DNA of 64,000 nucleotides from an uncultured Rhodospirillaceae bacterium (GTDB lineage Bacteria > Pseudomonadota > Alphaproteobacteria > SP197), in NCBI GenBank assembly GCA_937880925.1, contig CALGGB010000065.1:6004-70003 (forward strand), read 5' to 3'. A program made the position numbers and the translations under genes. Position 1 is the first letter of the stretch; each line of letters opens with the position of its first letter. The notes under the pieces were generated by a model. The model did no database searches. It had not been told where the DNA came from and saw only the letters and a program-made list of their open reading frames with translations. Shown here piece by piece: positions 47,277 to 58,735 of this stretch.

Positions 47277-49328
47277 TTGGTCATAGTGCGCCGCTTTTTG
47301 CACTTTGCCCTTCAGCCCATTTCACGGAGTCCGGCCTTGGCCCTGACCCTCGGCATCGATACCGGCGGCACCTATACCGATGCGGTCCTGTTCGACACGG
47401 ACATGGGCGTCATCGCGTCCGCCAAGGCGCTGACGACCAAGCACGATCTCACCATCGGCGTGCGCGAGGCGATCGATGCGGTGCTGGGCGGGCGCGGCGC
47501 CGAGGTGGCGCTGGTCTCGATCTCCACGACGCTGGCGACCAACGCCATCGTCGAGGGCCAGGGCAGTCCCGCCGCCCTGGTGCTGATCGGCCATCCCGCC
47601 TCCGACCGGGAACGCCCCGATCTCAAGCGCGCGCTCGCCAGCGACCCCCTGATCGCGGTGGCCGGCGGCCACGATGCGCTGGGCGATGCACGCCAGCCCT
47701 TCGACGCACAGTCGCTCTCGACCCAGGCCCATGCCGTGAAAGACCGGGTTTCGGCCTTTGCCATCTCCTCCATGTTCGCCGTGCGCAATCCCGCCCACGA
47801 GATCGCCGCGCGCGACCTGCTGCACGCCGAGACCGGCCTGCCGGTCTCCTGCGCTCACGAACTCTCCAGCCAGCTCGATGCGCCGCGCCGGGCGCTGACC
47901 GCCCTGCTCAACGCCCGCCTGATCTCCCTGATCCAGGGCCTGATCCGCGCCGTCGAGGGGCTGATGGGCGAGCGGGCGATTTCCGCGCCGGTGATGGTGG
48001 TGAAAGGCGACGGCTCGCTGGTCGATGCCGCCACCGCCCTGCGCTCGCCCGTCGAGACGATCCTTTCGGGGCCGGCGGCCAGTGTCGTGGGCGCCCAGCA
48101 CCTGGCGCGCCTGGACGATGCCTTTGTCTCCGATATCGGCGGCACCACGACCGACGTGGCGCTGGTCAAGGACGGCCGGCCCCAGCTTGATCCCCTGGGC
48201 GCGCGGGTGGGCGGCTACCGCACCATGGTGCGCGCCGTGGCGGTCCATACCTTCGGCCTGGGCGGCGACAGCGAGGTGCGCCTCAACGACCGCGGCCGCC
48301 TGACCGTAGGTCCGCGCCGCGCGGTGCCGCTCTCGCTGCTGGCAAGCCGCTATCCGCAAGTCATCAGGACCATGGAGAACCAGGCCGAACGCGGCTGGCC
48401 GGGCGAATGGGACGGCGCCTTCGTGCTGCGCCAGCGGGCGCTGGATACCGACCCCGCCTCCCTCTCGCGCCCGCAGCGGCGCATCTGGGATGCGCTGGAG
48501 GATGGTCCGGTGAGCCTGGAGTGGCTCTACAGCGACCAGTCGCCGACGCTTTCCCTTGCCCGCCTGCTCGACCGGGGCCTCGTCATCATGGCGCGCCTGA
48601 CGCCCAGCGACGCCTCGCACCTGCTGGGCTTCCACCACGGCTGGGAGCGGCGCGGCGCCGAACTGGGCGCACAGCTCTGGCTGCGCTGGTGGAAGATCAC
48701 CGGCCACGACACACCCGAGACGCCCCAGGACCTCGCCCGCCTGATCGTCGATACGACAGTCACGTCCTCGGCACGCGCCCTGCTCGAATCGGCGATGATG
48801 GAGGAACATCGCACCGCCCTGCCCGGCGGCAACGCGGGCGAGGCGCTGGTCAATTCCGCCATCTCGGAGAAGGCGGGCGACCTGCTGCGCCTGCAGGCCG
48901 TGCTGGGCCGGACCATCGTCGCCGTGGGCGCGCCGGCGGCAACCTACTACCCCGAGATCGCCCGGCGCCTCTCCACCGGCGTCGTGGTGCCCGAACACGC
49001 CGAGGTCTGCAATGCGGTGGGTGCGGTCGCGGGCGGCGTCGCCCAGCGGGTCGACGCCCTGATCACCGCGCCGTCCGAAGGGCTCTACCGCTGCCACATG
49101 CCCGAGGGCATCGCCGATTTCCGCGACCTGGAGAGTGCGGCCTTCCACGCCGAGTCCGAGATCGGCCAGCGCGCCCGCCGCGCCGCCGAGGCGATCGGCG
49201 CCATCGACATCCGCCTCAAGATCGAACGCCACGACGAGGTCGTGCGCGCCGCCGACGGCACGGCGACCTTCATCGAATGCCGGCTGTCGGCCGTGGCCAG
49301 CGGCCGCCCTGCCCTGGCGACCGACTGA
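47277..49328 (+). CDS. Hydantoinase/oxoprolinase A (HyuA) family protein
   Basis: 683 aa. N-terminal LGIDTGGTYTDAVL (Hydant_A_N, ASKHA fold) and central Hydantoinase_A region. No HyuB partner nearby. The start may be slightly downstream (TTG near LALTLGID). Confidence 0.7.
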   Translation: MVIVRRFLHFALQPISRSPALALTLGIDTGGTYTDAVLFDTDMGVIASAKALTTKHDLTIGVREAIDAVLGGRGAEVALVSISTTLATNAIVEGQGSPAALVLIGHPASDRERPDLKRALASDPLIAVAGGHDALGDARQPFDAQSLSTQAHAVKDRVSAFAISSMFAVRNPAHEIAARDLLHAETGLPVSCAHELSSQLDAPRRALTALLNARLISLIQGLIRAVEGLMGERAISAPVMVVKGDGSLVDAATALRSPVETILSGPAASVVGAQHLARLDDAFVSDIGGTTTDVALVKDGRPQLDPLGARVGGYRTMVRAVAVHTFGLGGDSEVRLNDRGRLTVGPRRAVPLSLLASRYPQVIRTMENQAERGWPGEWDGAFVLRQRALDTDPASLSRPQRRIWDALEDGPVSLEWLYSDQSPTLSLARLLDRGLVIMARLTPSDASHLLGFHHGWERRGAELGAQLWLRWWKITGHDTPETPQDLARLIVDTTVTSSARALLESAMMEEHRTALPGGNAGEALVNSAISEKAGDLLRLQAVLGRTIVAVGAPAATYYPEIARRLSTGVVVPEHAEVCNAVGAVAGGVAQRVDALITAPSEGLYRCHMPEGIADFRDLESAAFHAESEIGQRARRAAEAIGAIDIRLKIERHDEVVRAADGTATFIECRLSAVASGRPALATD

Positions 49329-49329
49329 A

Positions 49330-49346
49330 AGCGCCCCGGCGCTTGA
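49330..49346 (+). terminator. Short GC hairpin immediately after the hyuA-like stop
   Basis: AAGCGC-cccg-GCGCTT, a 6-bp stem with a 4-nt loop. No clear T-tract; weak terminator candidate. Confidence 0.25.
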
Positions 49347-49373
49347 CTCCGGGCCGTTCCGGTCTCACATAGG

Positions 49374-49398
49374 CAATCAGGACTGGAAAGGTCCTGAT
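49374..49398 (+). promoter_or_regulatory. Perfect 9-bp inverted repeat upstream of the Rrf2-suf operon; candidate Rrf2 operator
   Basis: AATCAGGAC-tggaaag-GTCCTGATT, located 60-85 nt upstream of the Rrf2 regulator start (49457). Confidence 0.45.
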
Positions 49399-49456
49399 TA
49401 GGTCGCGGCCCGGTTTTCCGCGCTCCGCGACCGCCAACGACCGAACGGATAGCCGC

Positions 49457-49912
49457 ATGATTCGTCTCAGCCGCATGGCCGATTACGGCGTCGTCGTCAT
49501 GACCTACATGGCGATGCGCGCGCACCAGACCCAGACCACCCACCAGGTGGCGGAGTCGACCGGCCTGTCGGAAGCGACCGTCGCCAAGCTGCTGAAGGTC
49601 TTCGCCCGCGACGGCCTGCTCGAAAGCCATCGCGGCGTTCACGGCGGCTATGAACTGACGCGCCATGCCGAGGAGATTTCGGTCGCCGAGATCGTCACCG
49701 CGGTCGAGGGACCCATCGCGCTGACCCTGTGCGTCGATGAACACCCCGGCAACTGCGACGTCGAATCCCTGTGCCCCATGCGGGGTGGCTGGAACCGTAT
49801 CAACAACGCGCTGCGCGAGGCGCTTGAAGGTGTCTCGCTGGCTGCCATGGCGTTCCCGGATCTGCCGCCGCTCGGCGCGCTGTCCGTCGGCAATGCCCGC
49901 ACGGCGAGCTAG
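49457..49912 (+). CDS. Rrf2-family transcriptional regulator (IscR/SufR-like), first gene of the suf operon
   Basis: 151 aa. N-terminal wHTH ([19 protein letters not shown]...). Cysteine cluster C-x6-C-x5-C ([15 protein letters not shown]), as in Fe-S-binding IscR-type regulators. Confidence 0.85.
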   Translation: MIRLSRMADYGVVVMTYMAMRAHQTQTTHQVAESTGLSEATVAKLLKVFARDGLLESHRGVHGGYELTRHAEEISVAEIVTAVEGPIALTLCVDEHPGNCDVESLCPMRGGWNRINNALREALEGVSLAAMAFPDLPPLGALSVGNARTAS

Positions 49913-49922
49913 GAGAAAAGCG

Positions 49923-51383
<1,461 letters not shown>

Positions 51384-51420
51384 AGGCCCGACGCGCACCG
51401 GGAACAAGAAGGGCAAGAAG

Positions 51421-52176
51421 ATGAGCATTCTCTCGATCAAGAACCTGCACGCCGAAGTCGACGGCAAGGAAATCCTCAAAGGCATCGACCTGGAGATCGG
51501 CGCGGGCGAAATCCACGCCATCATGGGTCCCAACGGCTCGGGCAAGTCGACGCTTTCCTACACGCTTGCCGGGCGCGAAGGTTACACGGTGACCAAGGGC
51601 GAGGTCGTCTATCAGGGCAAGAACCTGCTGGAGATGCTGCCCGAGGAACGGGCCCAGGCCGGCGTGTTCCTCGCCTTCCAGTATCCCGTCGAAATCCCGG
51701 GCGTGCCCACCGTCACCTTTCTCAAGCAGGCGATGAATTCCGTGCGCAAGGCGCGCGGCGAAAAGCAGCTCGACGCCTTCGAGTTCAAGAAGCTGATGGA
51801 TGCCCGCCTGAAGGAACTCAACATCGTCAACGACATGGTGCGCCGCGCGCTCAACACCGGCTTCTCGGGCGGTGAGAAGAAGCGCATGGAAGTGCTGCAG
51901 ATGGCGCTGCTGGAACCGACGCTCGCCATCCTCGACGAAACCGATTCGGGCCTCGACATCGACGCGCTGAAGACCGTCGCCGACGGCGTCAACGCCCTGC
52001 GCGCGGCCGACCGCTCCATGCTGGTCATCACCCATTACCAGCGCCTGCTGGACTATATCGTGCCCGACCATGTCCATGTGCTGTTCGAGGGCCGCATCGT
52101 GCGTTCGGGCGACAAGTCGCTTGCGCTGGAACTGGAGGAGAAGGGCTACACCGACATCACCGGCGCGGCCGCCTGA
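51421..52176 (+). CDS. sufC: Fe-S cluster assembly ATPase SufC
   Basis: 251 aa. Walker A GPNGSGKST, signature FSGGEKKR, Walker B LAILDETDSGLD, H-loop ITHYQ. Confidence 0.9.
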   Translation: MSILSIKNLHAEVDGKEILKGIDLEIGAGEIHAIMGPNGSGKSTLSYTLAGREGYTVTKGEVVYQGKNLLEMLPEERAQAGVFLAFQYPVEIPGVPTVTFLKQAMNSVRKARGEKQLDAFEFKKLMDARLKELNIVNDMVRRALNTGFSGGEKKRMEVLQMALLEPTLAILDETDSGLDIDALKTVADGVNALRAADRSMLVITHYQRLLDYIVPDHVHVLFEGRIVRSGDKSLALELEEKGYTDITGAAA

Positions 52177-52178
52177 TC

Positions 52179-53498
52179 ATGACGACAAGCAACGACAACG
52201 GCCTGCTGGCCGATCACACCGCCCTTGCCGCCGGGCTTCCGGGCGCCGGCGCCGGCTGGATCGATGCCCTGCGCGCCGACGGCGCCAAGCGCTTTGCCGG
52301 CCTGGGCCTGCCCACGCGCAAGGTCGAGGAATGGAAATACACCGACCTTTCGGCCCTGGCGCGCAGCCGCTTTGCGCCCTGCTGCGGCGCCGCGCCGGCC
52401 CACGCAAAGCCGGAGATCCCCGCGCCGCTGGTCAAGGACGGGCCCCAGGCGGTGTTCGTCAACGGCCGTTTCGACCCGGAGCTTTCTAGCCTGGGCGGCG
52501 CGCCGGAAGGCATCACCGCCCTGCCGCTGGCCGAAGCCATCGCGCAGATGCCCAAGCTGCTGGAAAGCTACATGGGCCGTGTCGCCGAACTGGGCCGCAA
52601 GTCGCTCGTCGCGCTCAACACCGCCTGGCTGGCCGACGGCTTCGTGCTGCATCTGGCCAAGGATGTCCGCCTGACGCGCCCGCTGGAGCTGGTCTTCTGG
52701 GGCGATTCGGGAAGCGATGGCGAGCGTTCGGCCTGGCATCCCCGCCATCTGATCGTGCTCGATCCCGGCGCCTCGGCGACCCTTCTGGAGCGCCACATTG
52801 GCCGCACGGGCGGTCATTTCGCCAACAGCGTCACCGAGATTGCCGCAGCCACCGGCGCCAGCCTGCGTCACTACCGCCTGCAGGACGAGCCGGGCGATGC
52901 GGTCCATATCGCGACCACCGAGGTGGCGCTTTCGGCAGGGGCCTCCTACGAGAGCTTCGTGCTTTCCAAAGGCGCGGTTCTGGCGCGCAACCAGATCGCC
53001 GTCACCCTGCAGGGCGAGGGCGCCAGCGCCAGCGTCAACGGCGCCTACATGGGCCGGGGCAGCCAGATCACCGACACCACGACCCTGATCGACCATGCCG
53101 CGCCGGGCTGCACCAGCAGCCAGACCTACAAGGGCGTGCTCGACGACCGCTCGCGCGGTGTCTTCCAGGGCCGCATCGTGGTGCGCAAGGACGCCCAGAA
53201 GAGCGACGGCCACCAGTCCAACAAGGCCATCCTGCTTTCCGACCGCGCCGAGATCGACGCCAAGCCGGAACTGGAAATCTATGCCGACGACGTGAAGTGC
53301 AGCCATGGCGCCACGGCCGGCGAACTCGACGACAACGCGCTCTTCTACCTGCGCGCCCGCGGCATTCCCGAGCATGAGGCGCGCGGCCTGCTGATCGACG
53401 CCTTCATCGACGGCGCTATCGGCACCATCACCCACGAGACCGTGCGCGATGCCTTCCGCGATCATGCCGAGGCCTGGCGCCAGGAGGGCGGAACATGA
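52179..53498 (+). CDS. sufD: Fe-S cluster assembly protein SufD
   Basis: 439 aa. SufD/SufB C-terminal beta-helix region. Position and size are right for sufD. Confidence 0.85.
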   Translation: MTTSNDNGLLADHTALAAGLPGAGAGWIDALRADGAKRFAGLGLPTRKVEEWKYTDLSALARSRFAPCCGAAPAHAKPEIPAPLVKDGPQAVFVNGRFDPELSSLGGAPEGITALPLAEAIAQMPKLLESYMGRVAELGRKSLVALNTAWLADGFVLHLAKDVRLTRPLELVFWGDSGSDGERSAWHPRHLIVLDPGASATLLERHIGRTGGHFANSVTEIAAATGASLRHYRLQDEPGDAVHIATTEVALSAGASYESFVLSKGAVLARNQIAVTLQGEGASASVNGAYMGRGSQITDTTTLIDHAAPGCTSSQTYKGVLDDRSRGVFQGRIVVRKDAQKSDGHQSNKAILLSDRAEIDAKPELEIYADDVKCSHGATAGELDDNALFYLRARGIPEHEARGLLIDAFIDGAIGTITHETVRDAFRDHAEAWRQEGGT

Positions 53499-54751
53499 AC
53501 GCCGCGCTCGCAGAGGCCCGGCCAAGCAACAGCGCCTTCGACGTCGAGAAGGTGCGCGCCGACTTCCCGATCCTGTCGCGCGAGGTTCACGGCAAGCCGC
53601 TGGTCTATCTCGACAGCGCGGCCAGCGCGCAGAAGCCGCGCCAGGTGATCGAGGCCGAGACGCGCGTCTATGAGGAGGAATACGCCAACGTCCATCGCGG
53701 CGTGCATTACCTCTCACAGGCCGCGACGCAGAAGTTCGAGGCGACGCGTACGCGCATCGCCTCCTTCATCAACGCCCCCGACGAGAACGAGGTCGTCTTC
53801 ACGCGCGGCGCCAGCGAGGCGATCAACCTGGTCGCCTTCAGTTATGCCGCCCATTTCCTCAAAGAAGGCGACGAAATCCTGATTTCGGAGCTCGAGCACC
53901 ATTCCAACATCGTGCCCTGGCAGCTTGCCGCACAGCGCAACGGTGCGGTGATCCGCGCCATTCCGATCTGCCAGGACGGCCAGATCGACATGGCCGCCTA
54001 TGCCGACCTTCTGGGGCCCAGGACGAAGATGGTCGCGATCACGGCGCAGTCCAATGCCCTGGGCATCATTCCGCCGCTGGAACGCATGATCCCCATGGCG
54101 CACGACGCCAGCGCAAAGGTGCTGGTCGACGGCTGCCAGGCGATCACCCACCGCCCGGTCGATGTCCAGGCGATGGGCTGCGACTTTTTCGCCTTTTCGG
54201 GCCACAAGATCTACGGGCCGACGGGCGTGGGCGCCCTCTGGGGCCGCGCCGAACTGCTGGAAGCCATGCCGCCCTGGCAGGGCGGCGGCGAGATGATCGC
54301 CCGCGTCGGCATCGAGAAGTCGACCTACAAGGGCATTCCCCACCGCTTCGAGGCCGGCACTCCGGCGATCGCCCAGGTGATCGCCCTGAAGGATGCGCTC
54401 GACTACGTCGATGGCCTGGGGATGGGCGCCATCGCCGAGCACGAGGCCATGCTGCTTGACCATGCGGTGCGCCGCCTGGAGGCCATGGACGGGGTCACGA
54501 TCATCGGCACCAGCCCGGCCAAGGCGAGCATCGTCTCGTTCCTGCTGGACGGCATCCACCCCCATGACATCGGCACCATCGTCGACCGCGAGGGTGTCGC
54601 CGTGCGCGTCGGCCACCACTGCGCCCAGCCGGTGATGGAATACTACGACATCGCCGCGACCGTGCGCGCCTCCTTCGGCCTCTACAACACGCTGGCCGAG
54701 GTCGATGCGCTGATCGCCTCGCTGGAGAAGACCAGGGAGATCTTTGCCTGA
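53495..54751 (+). CDS. sufS: Cysteine desulfurase SufS
   Basis: 418 aa. PLP-lysine region FFAFSGHKIYGPTGVGAL. Catalytic Cys loop RVGHHCAQP. Confidence 0.9.
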   Translation: MNAALAEARPSNSAFDVEKVRADFPILSREVHGKPLVYLDSAASAQKPRQVIEAETRVYEEEYANVHRGVHYLSQAATQKFEATRTRIASFINAPDENEVVFTRGASEAINLVAFSYAAHFLKEGDEILISELEHHSNIVPWQLAAQRNGAVIRAIPICQDGQIDMAAYADLLGPRTKMVAITAQSNALGIIPPLERMIPMAHDASAKVLVDGCQAITHRPVDVQAMGCDFFAFSGHKIYGPTGVGALWGRAELLEAMPPWQGGGEMIARVGIEKSTYKGIPHRFEAGTPAIAQVIALKDALDYVDGLGMGAIAEHEAMLLDHAVRRLEAMDGVTIIGTSPAKASIVSFLLDGIHPHDIGTIVDREGVAVRVGHHCAQPVMEYYDIAATVRASFGLYNTLAEVDALIASLEKTREIFA

Positions 54752-55206
54752 TGGACGACCTGCGCGATCTTTACCAGGAAGTCATCCTGGACCATGGAAA
54801 GAACCCCCGGAACTTCCGCCATCCCGAGGACGCCAACCGCCATGCCGAGGGCGACAACCCCCTCTGTGGCGACCGCCTGACGATCTACCTGAAGATCGGG
54901 CACAACGGCCTGGTCGAGGACGTCGCTTTCGAGGGCCGCGGCTGCGCCATCTCCATGGCTTCGGCCTCGATGATGACAGAGATCATCGCCGGCAAGACGG
55001 AAGAAGCGGCGCGCGCCCTGTTCCACCGCTTCCACGACTTCGTGACCGGCAAGGAAGAGATCGAGGGTGCGGACGACGAGGACCTGGAGAAGCTCATCGT
55101 GCTGGCGGGCGTGAAGCAGTTCCCCATGCGGGTGAAGTGCGCGACGCTCGCCTGGCACACCATGACGGCAGCGATGGACGGCGAAAACGTCGTGACGACG
55201 GAGTAG
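54751..55206 (+). CDS. sufU: SUF-system NifU-family Fe-S assembly/sulfur-transfer protein (SufU-like)
   Basis: 151 aa. NPLCGDRLTIYLKI...VEDVAFEGRGCAISMASASMMTE matches the SufU/IscU conserved cysteine motifs. Confidence 0.75.
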   Translation: MDDLRDLYQEVILDHGKNPRNFRHPEDANRHAEGDNPLCGDRLTIYLKIGHNGLVEDVAFEGRGCAISMASASMMTEIIAGKTEEAARALFHRFHDFVTGKEEIEGADDEDLEKLIVLAGVKQFPMRVKCATLAWHTMTAAMDGENVVTTE

Positions 55207-55209
55207 AGC

Positions 55210-55650
55210 ATGGACGAGACCACCACCCAGCAGGCCGAAGGCCAGCCGGCCGATGACACCGCGGCACCCGAGGCCAAGGTGCATGAAAGCTGGAGGCCCG
55301 GTGCCACCGAGGATGTCGATCCCCGCAGCATCACCCAGGAAGAGGGCGAGCCGCTGATCGGCGACATCGTCGATGCCCTGCGCACGGTGTTCGACCCGGA
55401 AATCCCGGTCAACGTCTATGACCTGGGTCTGATCTACGCCATCGACTCGCGCAAGGACGGCTCGGTCAAGATCGAGATGACGCTGACCGCGCCGGGCTGC
55501 CCGGTGGCCGAGGAAATTCCGATCTGGATCCGCGATGCGGTTGCCACGGTCGAGACGACCACCGATATCGAAGTCGAAATCGTCTGGGACCCGCCATGGG
55601 ATCCCTCGATGATGTCCGATTATGCTAAAATCGAACTGGGCATGTACTAG
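55210..55650 (+). CDS. sufT: SUF-system Fe-S assembly protein (DUF59/MIP18, SufT-like)
   Basis: 146 aa. DUF59 core IVDALRTVFDPEIPVNVYDLGLIY...TLTAPGCPVAEEI. Confidence 0.75.
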   Translation: MDETTTQQAEGQPADDTAAPEAKVHESWRPGATEDVDPRSITQEEGEPLIGDIVDALRTVFDPEIPVNVYDLGLIYAIDSRKDGSVKIEMTLTAPGCPVAEEIPIWIRDAVATVETTTDIEVEIVWDPPWDPSMMSDYAKIELGMY

Positions 55651-55672
55651 AGCCCACGGAGTGACAGGAATC

Positions 55673-56017
55673 ATGTTCGCGACACCCGACAAGAAGCTGC
55701 TTTCGCTCACCGACCGTGCTGCCGAACGGGTCAAGGCCCTGATGGCGCAGAACGCGGATGCCGTGGGACTGAAGGTCGGCGTCAAGATGGCCGGCTGCAG
55801 CGGTTTTTCCTACACCATGGACTACGCCACCGAGACCACAGGCAAGGAAGACGTGGTGGAGGACAAGGGTGTTCGCCTGCTGATAGAACCCAGCGCCGCG
55901 ATGTTCCTGCTGGGCACGGAACTGGACTGGCACGAGGACCGGCTGGAAAGCCGCTTCGTTTTCAACAACCCCAATGTCAAGGGGATGTGCGGCTGCGGCG
56001 AGTCCTTCACCGTCTGA
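55673..56017 (+). CDS. sufA: A-type Fe-S carrier protein (HesB/IscA/SufA family)
   Basis: 114 aa. MAGCSGFSY...NPNVKGMCGCGESF, with the three conserved cysteines. Confidence 0.8.
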   Translation: MFATPDKKLLSLTDRAAERVKALMAQNADAVGLKVGVKMAGCSGFSYTMDYATETTGKEDVVEDKGVRLLIEPSAAMFLLGTELDWHEDRLESRFVFNNPNVKGMCGCGESFTV

Positions 56018-56039
56018 CGCCTTTCCCGGGAGAACCCGC

Positions 56040-58007
56040 TTGTTGCTGACGCGTCTCTGCGGCGCGCTGGCGCTGCTTGTTTGCATCGCCGCCACCACAC
56101 CCGCTGCCGCCCAGGCGCTTTCGCAGGGCGACCAGACCATCTATCGCAGCGCCTTCGCCAAGGCTGACCAGGGGGACTGGAGCGGCGCGCGGGCCACCGC
56201 AGCGCAGGCCAGCGACCCGACGCTGGCAGAGGTCATCCTCTGGCTTCAGCTTCAGGACAGCAGCCGGACCGGCGACTTCGTCTCGATCGTTTCGTTCCTG
56301 GTGGAGAATCCCGGCTGGCCCCGCCTCAACGATCTGCGCCGGCGCGCCGAGGAGGCCATGCCCCAGGAGCTGGCGCCGGCCGATGTCATCGCCTATTTCG
56401 ATGCCTATCCCCCGCTGTCGGGCAAGGGCACGCTGCGCCAGCTTGCCGCCCTGGAGGCGCTGGGCCGCACCGAAGCGGTGCAACTGGCCGCGATCGACGC
56501 CTGGAACGGACGCGATTTCTCCTCCAACGACGAAAAGACCTTCCTGGAGCGTTACGCCCGGATCATTCCAGCAAGCCTTGCCTGGACGCGGCTGGACCGC
56601 CTGCTCTGGGAGGGACAGACGACGGCCGCCGAACGCATCCTGCCCTTCGTCGATGCCGACCATCGGGCCCTGGCGCGGGCCCGTATCGTGCTGCACAACG
56701 GCGGCCCGGGCGTTGATGCTGCGGTCAGCGCCGTGCCGCCGGGCCTGGCCGACGATCCCGGCCTGCTCTACGAGCGCCTGCGCTGGCGTCGCACCCACGG
56801 AAACGAGGCCGGCGCCATCGAGTTACTGGCGCGCGCACCTGCCGACCTTGCCTACCCCGACCTGTGGGCGCAGGAGCGCCTGATCCTGGCGCGCGACATG
56901 CTGGATGCCAGCAATGCCGCGGGCGCCTACCGCATGCTCGCCCAGCACTTCGAGTTGAGCGGGGCGGTCTATCACGAGGTCGAGTGGCTGGCGGGCTGGA
57001 TTTCCCTGCGCAAGCTGGGCAATGCGCGCAACGCGCTTGACCACTTCATGACCTTCTACGGCGAGGTCTCCTACCCGATCAGCCGGGCGCGCGGCGCCTA
57101 TTGGGCCGGCCGGGCGGCCGAAGCCCTGGGCGATACCGGGATCGCAGCAACCTGGTATGACCTGGCGGCTGACAACGGCACCACCTTTTACGGCCAGCTC
57201 GGCGCGGCCAAGCTCGGCATCCAGCCGCGCCTGCCCAGCGCACCCCAGCCGACCCAAGCCGAGATCGCCGCCTTCGCCGGCGACGAACTGACCACCATCG
57301 TGCGCCAGCTAGCCGAAATCGATCAGGAGCGCCTGGTGCGCGTGTTCCTCACGCGCATGACCGACGCCACCGATTCCGGCGCGCGGCACCAGCTGATCGG
57401 CCAGCTTGCCCTGGTCCTGGGGCGCCCGGACCTTGCGGTGATGGTTGCCAAACGCGCAGTCCAGGCAGGCACCGTGCTGGTGACGGCCGGCTACCCCATG
57501 ATCGCCCTGCCCCAGCCGGTGCCGGTCGATCCTTCGCTCGCCTACGCCATCATCCGCCAGGAAAGCGGCTTCGATCCCGATGTCGTCTCGCCCGCGGGTG
57601 CGCGTGGCCTGATGCAGCTCATGCCCGCCACGGCGCGCGAGGTCGCGGGCAAGCTCGGCCTTTCCTCCTCGGACGCCAAGCTGACCAGCGATCCGCAGTT
57701 CAACATGCGCCTGGGCACCACCTACCTTGCCCAGATGATCGAGAACCAGGACGGATCGTTCGTGCGCGCCATCGCATCCTACAATGCCGGCCCGGGCCGT
57801 GTGCGCCAGTGGGTCGGCGAGATGGGCGATCCCCATGCGCCCAATATCGATATCGTCGACTGGATCGAGGAGATCCCCTTCTCCGAAACCCGCAATTACG
57901 TGCAGCGGGTGCTGGAGGGCATGGAGGTCTATCGCATGCTCAACGGCCAGGAGACCGCAGGCCTGTTCGACGACATGAAGATGAACTGCACCGAGAGCGG
58001 TTGCTGA
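56040..58007 (+). CDS. Soluble lytic murein transglycosylase (Slt70-like)
   Basis: About 655 aa. TTG start with GGGAGA RBS. Signal peptide LLLTRLCGALALLVCIAATTPAAAQA. N-terminal superhelical repeats. C-terminal SLT domain AIIRQESGFDPDVVSPAGARGLMQLMPATA...SYNAGPGRV. Confidence 0.8.
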   Translation: MLLTRLCGALALLVCIAATTPAAAQALSQGDQTIYRSAFAKADQGDWSGARATAAQASDPTLAEVILWLQLQDSSRTGDFVSIVSFLVENPGWPRLNDLRRRAEEAMPQELAPADVIAYFDAYPPLSGKGTLRQLAALEALGRTEAVQLAAIDAWNGRDFSSNDEKTFLERYARIIPASLAWTRLDRLLWEGQTTAAERILPFVDADHRALARARIVLHNGGPGVDAAVSAVPPGLADDPGLLYERLRWRRTHGNEAGAIELLARAPADLAYPDLWAQERLILARDMLDASNAAGAYRMLAQHFELSGAVYHEVEWLAGWISLRKLGNARNALDHFMTFYGEVSYPISRARGAYWAGRAAEALGDTGIAATWYDLAADNGTTFYGQLGAAKLGIQPRLPSAPQPTQAEIAAFAGDELTTIVRQLAEIDQERLVRVFLTRMTDATDSGARHQLIGQLALVLGRPDLAVMVAKRAVQAGTVLVTAGYPMIALPQPVPVDPSLAYAIIRQESGFDPDVVSPAGARGLMQLMPATAREVAGKLGLSSSDAKLTSDPQFNMRLGTTYLAQMIENQDGSFVRAIASYNAGPGRVRQWVGEMGDPHAPNIDIVDWIEEIPFSETRNYVQRVLEGMEVYRMLNGQETAGLFDDMKMNCTESGC

Positions 58008-58083
58008 GTTCGGCCGCGCTTGAACCGGCTCAAAGGTTGCATCAAATTGCGACTGCGAATTATTTTCAGATAGGAGACGAAAC

Positions 58084-58725
58084 ATGGCCGCGACCATGAA
58101 CCAGGCCCCGGACAAGGTTGAGGCCGACCTGAACCGCATCGATGAACGCCCCATCGACCTGCTGACCTCGCGCCGCTCGGTGCTGGCGGCCCAGTTGATC
58201 GAACCGGGCCCCGATCCCGATGCGTTGCAGACCATGCTGGAAGCCGCGGTGCGCGTGCCCGACCATGGCCGCCTGACCCCCTGGTGCCTGCAGGTCGTCG
58301 GCAAACCCGCCCAGGCCGAACTGGGCGAGCTGTTCGTCAGTGAATTCGCCAGGAGCGAACCGGAGGCCACGGAGGAGCGCCTGCAACTGGAGCGCATCCG
58401 GCCGCAGCGCTCGCCGGTGCTGGTGATCGTCAGCAGCCACACCCACCGCGACCATGCCATTCCCGAAGTCGAGCAGCTTCTTTCCTGCGGCAATGTCTGC
58501 ATGAACCTGTTGCATGCCGCCACGGCCCTGGGCTTCGGCGCGCAATGGGTAACGAACTGGCCGGCCTACAACCCGGTCATCAAGGCCGCGCTGGGCATCC
58601 CCGAGGACGAACACCTGGTCGGCTTCATCCACATCGGCACTGCGAAATCGCCGCCGTCGGAGCGCGCCCGCCCGCATCTGGACGACGTGGTCCGCTTCCT
58701 GCCGACCCTGCCGCCGCGCCTCTGA
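58084..58725 (+). CDS. Nitroreductase family protein
   Basis: 213 aa. LLTSRRSV...RLTPWCLQVV...G.GAQWVTNW is the FMN nitroreductase fold. Confidence 0.8.
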   Translation: MAATMNQAPDKVEADLNRIDERPIDLLTSRRSVLAAQLIEPGPDPDALQTMLEAAVRVPDHGRLTPWCLQVVGKPAQAELGELFVSEFARSEPEATEERLQLERIRPQRSPVLVIVSSHTHRDHAIPEVEQLLSCGNVCMNLLHAATALGFGAQWVTNWPAYNPVIKAALGIPEDEHLVGFIHIGTAKSPPSERARPHLDDVVRFLPTLPPRL

Positions 58726-58735
58726 GGGCACTGCC

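Noticed and set aside
47322-49232. 636-aa ORF on the - strand
   Set aside because: Antisense to the hydantoinase-A family gene.
52146-53717. 523-aa ORF on the - strand
   Set aside because: Antisense to sufD and the start of sufS.
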